This document shows, one piece after another, positions 12,218 to 23,643 of a DNA stretch of 44,962 nucleotides. The translations under genes were made by a program, and so were the position numbers. The DNA lies in NCBI GenBank assembly GCA_013115145.1, contig JAAPAO010000265.1:1-44962 (forward strand). Direction: 5' to 3'. How positions within the stretch are numbered: the first letter of the stretch is position 1; each line of letters opens with the position of its first letter. Source of the DNA: Perkinsus chesapeaki ATCC PRA-425. Taxonomy: Eukaryota; Protista; Perkinsozoa. Below the pieces are notes generated by a model. It was not told the DNA's origin and searched no databases. It saw only the letters and a list, made by a program, of their open reading frames with translations.

Positions 12218-12431
12218 ATGAAGGAAGCAACGAGCGAGAACATCCCCACCGCCTCCGCCTCCGCCTTTGCAGTCTTACTAAGTGCTATTGAGTTTCATTA
12301 CACGTTTATGTTGTGTTAAAGTCATGTTGTGGAGGAAGTTACGGTATGAAGTAGTAGTTCGATGGATAATGACGACGACGGTTTATAACTATCCTAGTAT
12401 AGGGGCACATGAAGGGGATAGGCCATTACCA

Positions 12432-15400
12432 ATGCTAGCACTGAGGAAGGTTGGCAATAGTAACCAAAAGAGGCAAAGCACTGATAGGGAGGAGGATGAG
12501 GGGCCAATGGCTGCATCGATAGATGGTACTAAAGTGACATGTATTCACTTTCAACTTCCCGACCAACTTGCACCAGAACAACTCGTTCAGTCTATTCGAT
12601 TATCGGAGTTCTGCGAAGTATAGTTTTTGTCGACGGTTAAGGCATCCGTAATGTTTTGTACATCTCGCTAGGGCACCCTGAGGAGGTCTGGAATATGGCA
12701 TTGAAATTCTGGCTCTAAGCACATTAATACATGCTTATGTTAAATAATGAAACCGTCATGGATGTGACTCTTTAGGCTGTATGAAGTAGGCCTCATCATC
12801 AATGCCGCATATTCGAGAAACCTGAAGTGTGATAGGCAATGGAGATTGTTGTCTTCTCCGAGCGAAGGTTTTACACGAGTGTATTCAGGTGAATGGTTTG
12901 CAGTTGGTTGTAGTGGCATCGGTGAACCTAATGTTATAGCAATTTTTGAAGGGAGAAAAACTACCAACAAAAAGCCCGTAAGCTGCTGCTGTTGGTTAGT
13001 TAATAGCCCCTGTCATACCCGATCAGGCCCGTTGGCTGAAGGCTAAGTCATCATCACCGATAATAGATGTCACCTTTACCAGAGCTCATTCTTCCCAGGG
13101 CTCAGCGTTCCACCGCACGAGGCTAGTATCATCTTCTGAGAGGGCCGTGTCGGTATGGGACGTCCAAACTGGTATCCTACTGTTCGAGGCTGTTCGTAGC
13201 CCACTGGCATCCCCTAGACTGGCCTCGGTCACTAATAGCTGTACTGTTGTATTGTGGCAAAGGGAGGCTCGTGGAGTCTACGAGTGGAATGTCGGTGGAG
13301 ATGGTGTGTTCATAACAGCACCAACACCACTGGAACGACCATGCAATAGGGAAGCTGTCCTGTGTGTTGCTGGAGGCACATCTGCCGACTGCCGCTTGGG
13401 GATATGCTTGGCAACCGATCGCCATATTGTAGCGTGGCGTGCTGGTTGCCCGCTGTTAGTGGACAACTCTGCGACTGCGGAATTGAGCGGCAAATGTGAG
13501 CAGCTTGTTCTCTATCATGGTGGGGTTGCTGCATTGCTCGGGTTCGGCAAGGCTTGTCTTTGGTCTGGTACTAGTGGTGACACTGTGGTACCAGTTGACC
13601 TCAACAAGGGGCCTGTTGAGCGCCTCTTCGCCCGTAATAATGTTGTGTACGGATATACTGAAACGGGAGTGTGTATGAGCATTGGTGCTGATGGTTGCAG
13701 CCTTTTTGCTTACCAACACCTACCCGAGAACACTAGGCGTGTCATGCCTATTCATAATAACGGTTATGTTGTAGCTGCTGCTGCTGCTGCCTCGAGAGAC
13801 TCCCTAAAGTATTACGATCTCCTCGGGGACGGAGGTGCTGTAAGTCTAGACCTTGCCCTGCCATCAGCTAGTAGCCAGAGTCGTGCTATAGGGTGCTGGG
13901 TGATAGGGGCACCGTATGACACAATATGGAAGGTGCTGGCCCTATCATCTAGTAAGGCCATGGCAAGGCGTATGGATGCCTATGGTAGGGATGTGCCCTC
14001 GGATATGGTACTGAATGCTATTGAGGGGCAAACGTTATGCTACATGACGGGTGTTGGCGGCAGGCCAGGGCTGGTGGCTGGGGGGACGGTCGAAGGCTCT
14101 GTGATGCTATGGGACCTGGGGGACAAATTCCATACAGGTAAGCACACAACATCCTCCTGGTGTGATGCCTCCTCTGCTCCAGGTGATCCGCTGCCATTCG
14201 TGCCACCGCCTGAGCAGCCAGCTTCGAAGGTCGTCGATATAAGGCGATGCTCGGTGATGACCGCATTCTCGAGGAGTGATTTAAAGGCTGCTGCTGCTGC
14301 TGAAGAGGAGCCTCTTATAATAGCTGTTCTAGAGGCAATGGGCGCAGTTAGAGTGCTTGTAGTTGATAGTGATAGGAATGGAGGATTGGATGATATAAGG
14401 GAGATTATAAGGTGAATGTGATAGGGGCTATTTGCTGGTGTAGAGTGGCACTTCTCAGACTACAAAGCCCCAGCTTTAGTGCTGGTATGAACTTCGGTGT
14501 TGTTGTCGAACTGTTACCTATTGATGACAGTGCCACAAAGGCCTCCTCCTCCTCTTCATCATCTGTTCCCGATGAAAGGTAGGAGCGGCTCGAAGCATCA
14601 CTAGATTGGTTTATTAGGCTCCCTGATGAGAATCGGGATGTGGCCGATGAGTTCCAGTCGATCATCTTTAGCTGTTCGTGGCGTAGCTGCATGGAAGATT
14701 CTTCCGAGGTTGATAGGAGCACGAGCCCTGTGTATAGTGAGGCATGGGTTGTTGCTACTGGTGAAAGAGAGTGGCAATGGGAGAGTGGAGATGGATGGCC
14801 ACGAGGCATGTCGAAGTAAGTGGAGTGGGCTCTAGATCAGATTCACAAAGCTTCCTATGGGACATAAGCCCTATTATAGCACCAAAGCAAGCGGCTGTAG
14901 CTTGCTGGTCCTCCTCTTATCAACGAGAGGAATCTCTCGGTGGTATTGTTGTTGTTGTCGAGTTCTCGATGCATTGCCAGCGTGCTCCAGACTTCATGGG
15001 GATTTATCGGTGCTGAACTATATTAATAATGTCACCGAAATACTATAGGATGATGAGGAAAGGGCTCCGCTCGATCGGTCCATCTCTTGAAAGATTAAAT
15101 CTACCAGGGCGCCCAGTCTAGGGCTACTCGGTGGGGGGATAGGGGAATAGGAGGCCCAACGAGAAAAAAGAAGATCAATAGTCATTCGCAAGATGGCATC
15201 CTTTCTGTAGAGCACTGTGTGAGCCGTGTAAGAGGAATATCAATCTAGGGTTCGAGTCAGAATGGGCTCCTGTATTGGGTCTTCCCAGGTACCTTGGACC
15301 GCCGATAGTATCGGCCGGAGCATTTACATTGACTCTACCCGAACCCAACGGCTTCCTGCTCACAGCTGCAGTGCCTGGCGCTGGGATGAAGTCGATACGC

Positions 15401-16969
15401 AGCGCTAACGAGGAGGCTACCATCAATGCATTGTTGATGGAAAAGTACTGTTATGTTGGCCTGCTAAATGAGGAAGGATGGTCCACTGTAGAGGGCAAGG
15501 TGGAAGGCCCTCCCGGCCGGGCTAGAGGGATGGTGGATAGGCAGGAGGCAATGGTTTTGAATACCGAACAAACGAGAGAGAAGCCGGAGCTGACCAGGCG
15601 GTTAACGGTGCACCCGAGGGGCCTGCTGGGGCCACGGGAGAGCTATCGACACATGAAGGAGATTAGAGGGGAGAGTTCGGAGAAGATTCCACGAAGGTCG
15701 AAAAGTGACCTATTCCCAAGGCATGTAGCCGAGCACAGTAGTAGTTGTAGTTCGCTGAGACCGGGGAGTGGTGCAGGCAAGTGCAGCTATAATGCTGTTA
15801 TCGATTATCTTTTATATGGTCCACGAATCTGCCCTTATTTCACAGATGTTTTGTGGGTGTGTGGTGAGGCATTGGTTGGGCAACACCATCATTCAGCTTC
15901 ACAGAAGGCTGTGTTATTGGAGGATATTAGGCAGCTGCTAAGGCTGCTCTATTTCGAGGTTATGGATCACTGTCAGCTTTGCCATGATGCTGTGGTGGCT
16001 CTGTGTGAGAGAGTATCTTTGGATTTCAGCGACCTAAGATGCATTTATTTCCTGGGCGTTTGTGCTGATGTTGCACCGAGTATCTTTGACTGCACTCTGC
16101 AGGATTCTCACAAGGCAGCTGAGGTTGGTCATCGGCTACTACAGGAGACCCTGGTTGATGGTGACTCTGTTGCCGCTGAGATATTGATAAGAGGGTATAC
16201 GAGGCTTGTTGCTAGAGTGTGGTCACCTGAGCGTCGGAGGGGTATGCTGGTGGATGCGTACAGGGTATATGCCCGAGAGCCGCGTAAGGCCAGTATAGCT
16301 CTACAGCTCTTGCTTCGAGCTGGTCTACATGATCCTTTGTTATTTATTAACACCTTCTCTGACTTGGCTGTGGAGAGTGATGATGGCACCGCTGCCGTGT
16401 TGGTATTAGCCTCCTTACTGCATAGGCATCCAACACGGTTAAGGCCATATCTGCCAGAGTTCGCAGAGGCCGCTGTACTGAGGTGCCTCGACCCCGCCTT
16501 TCCGTTGCGTAGAAGGAATTGCCTCCTACCGGCCACATCGGCTTTACATGAGATAGTCAAGACCTTCCCAAATACCTCCTTCGACCAACCAACGCAGCGC
16601 TTTGCCGTTGCTAAAGGCTCGGTGATAGTAGTGTACGACCTGAGGACCGCTAGCAAATGGCGCGTCTTAGAGGGTCATACAGGAGACGTCTCAGCTACTG
16701 CATTCGATCCTACAGGGACGCAGCTGGCATCCTATTCAGCAGAGGATGCTACATTGAGGGTGTGGCAGTGTGGATCTACAGGCTTCTTTGGTGGTATACT
16801 TGGCTTCACTGGGAAGTGTATATTAACAAGGCAGCTGGAGAGGATACCTGCTGCTGGTGCTGGTGGGGGAGCATGGAGATGTAGATTATCATGGAGGAGT
16901 GGTACGGAGTTATTGTTAAAAAGAGAGAATAATACAGGAATGATTATAAAGACATCTGATAAAGGCTGA
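12432..16969 (+). CDS. WDR7: WDR7/WDR72 (rabconnectin-3 beta)-like WD40 protein; start uncertain; ORFs 13147..14415 and 15275..16969 are probably exons of one gene
   Basis: C-terminus RCLDPAFPLRRRNCLLPATSALHEIVKTFPNTSFDQPTQRFAV...VYDLRTASKWRVLEGHTGDVSATAFDPTGTQLASYSAEDATLRVW is characteristic of WDR7. Upstream WD-like GTVEGSVMLWDL. GT-AG intron 14412-14443 continues the frame beyond the apparent stop at 14415. Confidence 0.7.
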
Positions 16970-16990
16970 TTTCAATTCAATACTGTCTTG

Positions 16991-17053
16991 TGTACACAAG
17001 TTCTTGCACCACTTTCGCTTGCGTGGGTTCGATCCCGGCACTTTGTCATTTTT
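16991..17053 (+). pseudogene. Degenerate tRNA-Leu(CAA)-like 3' two-thirds followed by T5
   Basis: ...ACACAAGTTCT...GCGTGGGTTCGATCCCGGCACTTTGTCA TTTTT resembles the eukaryotic tRNA-Leu pattern CTCAAGTTCT...GCGTGGGTTCGAATCCC. No A-box is recognisable. Confidence 0.55.
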
Positions 17054-17157
17054 GTGCTATTTTTTCAAACCGTGTAATCGATAACTTGCTTTCCCTAATT
17101 AGTATATCCTCTACTAGAACTCGCCTTCCCCTCCCACAGTTGGCCTCCCCTTCTGTA

Positions 17158-20100
17158 ATGCCCCCTTCTTCCTCTGTGTCTCGCTCAGTATCGATGGACT
17201 CTCGGTCATCTCGAGGGCCTGATGAGAGTGGCGCTGCAGCAGCAGCATCGGATAAGGATGCTGACAGAAGCATGTCAAGGTCGTCGTATTCCAGCCGATC
17301 TCGTTCACGTAGAGGTGATAGTCGAGGTAGAAGTGACAGCAGATCTCGAGGCCGCAGGGGCAGATCGAGGTAGGGGCGTATTATAGGGGTTATTGAAGTG
17401 GTGCCTTTGTATAGATCTCGTTCCTATCGCGGCCATAAGCGTATCTCTGACCCCCGGCGTAATGAAGAGGAGATTATAAGGCTACGTGATGGTAGTGTTG
17501 GTAGAACACCATCACCATCAGTTGATAAGAAGAGGGCTGAGGGGTATGACTACAGTCAAATGGAGGTAATAGCTACTTCGTGCTTTGTACATTTACCATG
17601 AATCTTTGTGCTGAGGTCTCTAACGCTGATGCTGCCTTTGTACTGGGGCGTCAAGGTCGCACTAAGCAAAAGCTGGCTAAGGTTAGCCAAGCTGATATAG
17701 AGCTGAGGGAGAAGGTTCAAGGGGATAAGTCGGCCGGAGATATCATTGAAATTGGTGGTACACCGGATGTTAGAAGGAGGGCTATCAAGTACATAAAATG
17801 CGTTATAGCGCAGAGGACGGGCCCTGTTATGGTGGATGAGGAGGTAAGGCAGAGGGACGGGTTAATAAGGAAAGGGATTATTCAGGCCGATGATGACGAT
17901 GATCTAACGGTTTTGAAGGTGCCAAGGGAAGCTGCTGGCTTTGTTACTGGTGCTGGTGGCTCATTTTTGAGGGCTGTTGAGGAGGAGTGGAGCACTATTA
18001 TGTTCTTTGCTGACTTCAATGCTACCAATAAGGACACGACAGTGAGTTGTCTTATCTGCTGTTGTGGGTGAGGTGTTGGTGTTGTTTTTCAGAGGGAGTT
18101 TGAGACATTGGCTATCTTTGGTGGTAAACGATCACGAGTGGGAGCTATGTTGAAGGTAGGAGAGGGTGGCGAAGAGAGGGTAGGCAGGTAGGTTGTTGGT
18201 ATAGGTTATGTCGGCGGTCGAGACTAAAGTACCCGGGCATTTTACCAATGATATAGAGTTAACTGAATGTCATGATGAAGGGGAAGGAATGGATATTATC
18301 CATCTTGAGGTAATACGCACTGGCTGTTTGGGGAGTTGTTGGTAGACATTATAGAGGGCTACTAATATGCGTTTCTTATGAGACTAAAGAGTATTGTCTT
18401 CATCGATATTGTTTCTAAAGGGACTGTATTTTATGAGTGTTGTTTCTAGAGGGCATACAATGAATCCTCCTCCTCGTCCTCCTCACTTTAGGATAATGAG
18501 ATATCGTATGCGCTGGGTAAGAAGGGTGGCACTAGGAAGAAGATAGCAGCTTCAAGTGGAGCTGTGGTGGAGTATGTTGGTAATTATGTCCATATTTACG
18601 GCACACTGGTGGAGAGGCAGAAGGCTAAGGAATACATAGACTGGTTATTCGCGCAGCTTAAGGGACCGGTATTTGTCGATGCTACTGGGAGAGATGACTG
18701 CACTATAGTGGATGTTCCACGGGAATGTGTTGGATATATTACTGGGTAGGTTAAAATGGAGGGCCTGGGGATCGAACTAGGGTTTAGTGTTGCTGTACGA
18801 GCTGGGTGTTATATTATTATTGCTCGTTTCTCCAGACTAGTACAAGTGATGCACGTTGACCATCACTGTTCACCATCCTCAACGTCGGTGATGTTGACCG
18901 CCATCTTTCATCCTGTTAGTACAAGGACTCGTTGTCACTGGGGCATCACCACCATCTTCACCGCCACCCGCGTTAGTAACCGCCGACGACCCTAAGTCTA
19001 GGCCTTCATCACGACATTAATTTCTACTAGAAATACCTCAACCGCGATTCGAACCACACATCACGGTTGTTATCGAGACGGCTTAGTACACAAGAGCATG
19101 TGAACGTCAACATCGTGAAGCACTCGATCCCCGTCTTGTTCGTGGACGCTTGATAGCGGCGGTTGTTGTTGAGCACGGCGGCGGCATCACTTCTATTACC
19201 ACGAGGAGAGACGTGATTGTGGACCTAGGTATAAACGAGAGACACTTGGTCGTATAGAAGAGGAATGGGGATGTCTCATGTTCTTCATGGATAAAGCTAA
19301 GGATAAGAGAGATAAGGCAGCATTGAAGGACGCTACAGGTAGGTCCCAGGTTCGATTCCCGGGGGAGGCTATTTTAGTAGTGGTTATCTCTAGGTACCGA
19401 GAAGCTCACTATTTTCGGAGCTCAAAGAAGCCGTCGTGGAGCTCTATTGAAGGTACATCCACCAGGGATCGAACTCGGGTCTGCTAACCTCCATCGTAGG
19501 TCATGTCATCTGTTGAAACTAAGAATCCAGGCTGGTTCACTGACGGCTGTTCTGAAAAGCGCCATAAGGATGTTAAGGGATTCGCGACTGATAGGTGCTG
19601 CCTCCTCGTCACGCTTGCTGCCTCCGCTACGGGTGATTTTAGGACTTATTTATCCTCGGATGACCTATCGTATGCATTAGGCAAACGAGGGACCACCAGG
19701 AAGAAGTTGGCGGCTGCCTCGGGATGCATTCTGGAGTATGTTGGACAATGGTGCTTTATGGCTGGTACACAGCCACAGCGTGGAAGGTGCAGGAAATATC
19801 TGAAGTGGCTTACAGCACAAAGGCATGGACCAGTTAGTGTTGGTAGTAGAGATCTCAGGTGAGGACCAGTTGTGGTAGGCTTGGAAGGACTTGTTGCTTT
19901 TAGAGGAAGGGATGACTGGGACCGTGTAGAGGTTAAAAGGGAGCTACGTTCCCAGTTGGCTGGCAATAGAGGACAGGAGCTAAGACGTGTTGAGGAGGAG
20001 ACTAGTACATTCTGCTTCATGGCGTATAATGATGATAAGAGTGATGAAAGATTATTGGTATTTGGATATAGTCAAGCTAATAGAGAGAAGGCGATAAGAC

Positions 20101-20522
20101 AGGTAAAACAGAGCAGTGGATGCTGGTGGTGTTGTTATAATGTATTTCAGATTGAAGATCTCCTTAGACAGTTCGAGTATGGTAGAAGTGGTGGCTATGG
20201 TCGTGGTGGATATGATGATGATTATTATGATAGAGATTCTCGTGGTCGTGGTGGTGGTGGAGGAGGAGGATATGGTGATTATGGTTCATACTACTATGGT
20301 GGTAGGAGTAGTGGGGGTGGTGACAGCTATTACAGCAGTAATAGAGGCGGTGGTGACAGCTATTATGATGGTGGACGTAGAAGTGGTGGCGGTGGTGGTG
20401 ATTGGTGGGGTAGCTCTAGTAGCTCTAGAGATCGTCGAGATAGCTATTATGATAGAGGTGATAGAAGGCCAAGATCAGCCTCTTATGGTGATAGGGATAA
20501 CAGGAGGAGGGACTACTATTAA
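17158..20522 (+). CDS. Multi-KH-domain RNA-binding protein (about six KH units) with RS-rich N-terminus and RGG/Tyr-rich C-terminus
   Basis: KH loops VLGRQGRTKQKL, FVTGAGGSFLRAVEEEW, ALGKKGGTRKKI, YITGYKRETLGRIEEEW, ALGKRGTTRKKL and LAGNRGQELRRVEEET. SR-dipeptide start and GGY/RGG tail. Start is at 17158 or 17194. Confidence 0.85.
18757..18785 (-). other. tRNA-Ala-like 3' fragment at the 5' end of intron 18746-19228
   Basis: Minus strand AAACCCTAGTTCGATCCCCAGGCCCTCCA followed by TTTT. Exons join as YITG|YKRETLG. Confidence 0.7.
19036..19059 (-). other. Degenerate tRNA T-loop/B-box fragment within intron 18746-19228
   Basis: Minus strand GTGTGGTTCGAATCGCGGTTGAGG. Confidence 0.4.
19341..19369 (+). 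other. tRNA 3'-half-like fragment (sense) in 55-nt intron 19339-19393
   Basis: GT-AGGTCCCAGGTTCGATTCCCGGGGGAGGC-TATTTT. Exons join as KDAT|GTEKLTIFG. Confidence 0.75.
19456..19490 (-). other. tRNA 3'-half-like fragment (antisense) in 47-nt intron 19453-19499
   Basis: Minus strand AGGTTAGCAGACCCGAGTTCGATCCCTGGTGGATG. Exons join as GALLK|VMSSVETK. Confidence 0.7.
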
Positions 20523-20701
20523 ATGGAGCGTATTAATGAACGTTTAAGTGATGATAAATGGTGTAGCAGTAGCTCACTGCATACTCAGTTCTTGGCACTA
20601 TTTCTAGTAGTAAAGTAAATCCTTTGTGTTATTGGAGTTGTCAATCAGATCTAGTGTCATTCAGTGATCCCTCCCTGATCATCTTTCTAGAGCTATTAAC
20701 A

Positions 20702-22675
20702 ATGTCTTTATATGTTGATAGAGGAGAGGTGCCGATTGATAATGGAGACTTCAGGGCCGAGATGGACAAGCTTGATAACGGTAATACGGTATCCTATAGT
20801 GTCACGCAAATTGATATACAGTGAAGACTAGTTTAATGTTTTATAAATCTGGGCTTTTTTATCATATATGGGATAGAGTTATGCCAAGGAATTTAGACAC
20901 ATTGGGTTGTGGTATAGCACTACTGTAGATAGTGTAAGGCGGCGGCCTTACCTCTGTTAACTCCTCCCCCCCCTTTTGTATGCATATGGCCATACGCTTC
21001 AGTATACACTGTTGGGCTGTATCGACCTTACCGTCTGTATATAAGAATTTCACCTTCACCGAATCACAGTACCGAACAACAAGGCAGCAGAGTGTAGTTG
21101 GATTAGGGAGGGCGAAGTATGATGCTAATTTTATACCACTGTCAGTGATTTGTCTGTAGTCGCGAGGCTTGGTGAGCTAGATGACTTTTACCTATTTGTG
21201 GAGGTTACTATATGCTGCAACTGATTGTTACACTGTTAGAGTTTATATCGGAGATGTCTCGGGTAGCTGGTGCCTATTTAAACCGGCGAGAGGAGCTGAT
21301 AGAACAACAACATAATAGCAGGCAATATGGGCGATACGAGGAAGTAACAGTTAGTACAAGACAGAGGAGGGTAATAGGGGGGAGTCTTCATGACTTAATT
21401 CAACCGGGCAAGGTCAGGAAGCGTCAGGCTAACTTCATCCATCCAAGAGTACTTGTGTGTCATATCGGACGACGATAGGAAGCATGTATTTAAGCCTTCT
21501 ATCATTCCTATCTACTTGCGTAGATAAGCTGCTGGGTATCTTTATCGTATACTCGCGCTCCTTTATGGTTAAGCCATCCTTTCATGGTAGGTATATCAGT
21601 ACTTTAACTGAATTTATTCTAGTATATTTCATCCTCCTCTGCGCGCCTTAAAATGATACATGTACTACATTGTTGGAAATCCGTTGGACTTCTGAGTGGT
21701 TTTCTCCTCCTCCCCGCCGTCCGTCGATTCGGGCATTTATCAGTTCTATTGGCTCCAATGTATGCTGAACCATCCTGTTATGAAGGGCCTCATTCGACCA
21801 GCTGATGAGGATCTATTAGCTTATCTAACTAACATAATATCTCGACCTTTATTCGATTCACAAGTTGGAGATGGAGTAAGTTTCAAGGGAGCCAGCGTGA
21901 AACTTTTATAATCTACAGATGGAATGCATTTTCGTCATTTTCCCTCAACCAACCTTCAATCACACTATTTCATCTTCTTCCCACTTGGATGGTTTTCCCA
22001 TCTCTTTGGATTCCTGGATTGGACAAGCCTGCATGAGCCCTTCAAGTTGAGTCATCATTTTCTTTAGGATAATAGCAGACTGGGGGAGACAGGCTTTGAG
22101 CTCATATTCGTATTCGATGATAACCCTTACTTTGAGGAGACGCTATTGAAGAAGACTTATATTATGGTAGTTGTATAACACTTATCTTTGTGACCTTTGA
22201 TATGTCAGAGTATCGGTCAAGATGTTCGACCAGTAGAGCCCTTGGTGTATATGGGTTGGACATGGCCAGGGTTGGAGATATCGTTATTAAGTATAACATC
22301 GTCAACAGTAACATGGAGGCCTGGTCGGGATGTGACTATGGAATATCATAGTAGACGGCAAAAGAATAAAAAGACAGGAGAGACCAGGATGGTGATGGAG
22401 GCGGAGCCTTGCGGAAGCTTCTTCACTTTCTTTAACACCTTAAGTACTGGAGTCCTTCCACACTAGTGTCATTTCCTATTGTTAGCCCCGTCGCCAGAGG
22501 GGGAGCTGTCGGAGTATGAGCCCTGTGATTTGCGGGCATTGGAGCTGGCTATGCAATATGACTTTAGGATAGCAACAACTATCAGGGATTCGTTGATACC
22601 GCAGGTTGTATAATTTCGTGGCGAGTGACGAATTCTCCGGTGCAGTCCTTCCGGTGGTCCTCCTCCGGCAAGTGA
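20702..22675 (+). CDS. Nucleosome assembly protein (NAP1/SET family) histone chaperone
   Basis: Exons give GIYQFYWLQCMLNHPVMKGLIRPADEDLLAYLTNI, GFELIFVFDDNPYFEETLLKKTY, VTWRPGRDVTMEYHSRRQKNKKTGETRMV...GSFFTFF and YDFRIATTIRDSLIPQ. First exon 20702-20780 splices in frame to 21160. The last exon is uncertain. Confidence 0.8.
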
Positions 22676-22830
22676 AGAGATTTTGTGGCGCGTGACTGTT
22701 TGCACACAAAATGTTACCTCTGTAGTATCCCACGCTAATCATGCCGTTGTCACTAATCTTTTCCCTGATGTATGGTGTTGTATGACTTCGTTTAAAGCTC
22801 CATAAGATTAGTGAATTGTTGTTTTACAGT

Positions 22831-23467
22831 ATGGCAACTAAGTCGATTACCCCCACAGTGTTAAATCTTGTGGCACATCAAACCCCATCAGCCTCCCTCG
22901 CCGCCAGTGTAGCACCATCTAGCATGCGCCATTTCTCGACGAGTGACGATACTACCACTAAACCAAAGCCGTGGGGAGATAAAGGGAACGAATGGGTGGG
23001 TGGTGTCTGGTACCGTAGGCTTACCTACATGGTGATGTGTTGTCAGGTTCTGGCTGATGTGTGCATTGTCCCTCTTGGTGTTGGAACTAGCGTATCTAAG
23101 TATGTTAGTGAGGTAGAGAAGGTGTTAAGGTAGAGTGTATAGGAACATTTATAATACTAAAGATTGGCCTACAGGAACTACCCGGGGGTGTCTACAACAC
23201 TACATGGTTATGGTACGAATATAGAGGGGCAATGGAGTGATGTGATGGAGGCTGTTAAAGCAGCACATGAAGTCCTGCATGAGATGGGTAATGGCTACTA
23301 TGTTTGATAGGGGTGTTATAATGTTATTAGGCTGCCCACGAGTTAACTCCAATATGAGATTTGGTACTAGAATCGATAAACATCAGACACTACAAGATAA
23401 AGTGGATAAGGTTGAAACTATCTTAGCTTCGCAGGACAGCAGCAGCAGTAATGTCGCTGCCAAGTGA
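22831..23467 (+). CDS. MTH1187/YkoF/Ecm15-family thiamine-binding protein with N-terminal extension (3 introns)
   Basis: VLADVCIVPLGVGTSVSKYVSEVEKVL...LHGYGTNIEGQWSDVMEAVKAAHEVLHEMG CPRVNSNMRFGTRIDKHQTLQDKVDKVE is the family signature. Confidence 0.85.
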
Positions 23468-23565
23468 GTATGTTTGATTTATTTCAGTTTACTTGTTTAA
23501 CATAATACCATGGATTTGAGTTAGCCAGAGGCCGTTTGTCGGTACTGTATGCTAATATTAGTTTT

Positions 23566-23643
23566 GGGAGTGATTCGAAGTTTGAATCACATCAATTTTT
23601 AGTGGGAATTTTTCGGGAGTGATTCGCACCATTCCCACTAAAA
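23566..23643. repeat. Cluster of short inverted and direct repeats
   Basis: GTGATTC/GAATCAC (23570-76, 23584-90); TTTTAGTGGGAAT/ATTCCCACTAAAA (23597-609, 23631-43); GGGAGTGATTCG twice (23566, 23615). Confidence 0.7.

Noticed and set aside
13147-14415. ORF 13147..14415 as a stand-alone gene
   Set aside because: Starts at GTG, and its stop lies inside a GT-AG intron (14412-14443). The frame continues toward the WDR7-like C-terminus.
18310-18490. Intronic snoRNA in the 180-nt KH intron (and other long introns)
   Set aside because: No convincing C/D box pair or H box plus ACA with two hairpins could be identified by eye.
8137-19490. Antisense tRNA 3' ends as LTR-retrotransposon primer-binding sites
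   Set aside because: They lack the complement of an added CCA, extend past 18 nt through the T-loop, and have no adjacent LTR or gag/pol sequence.
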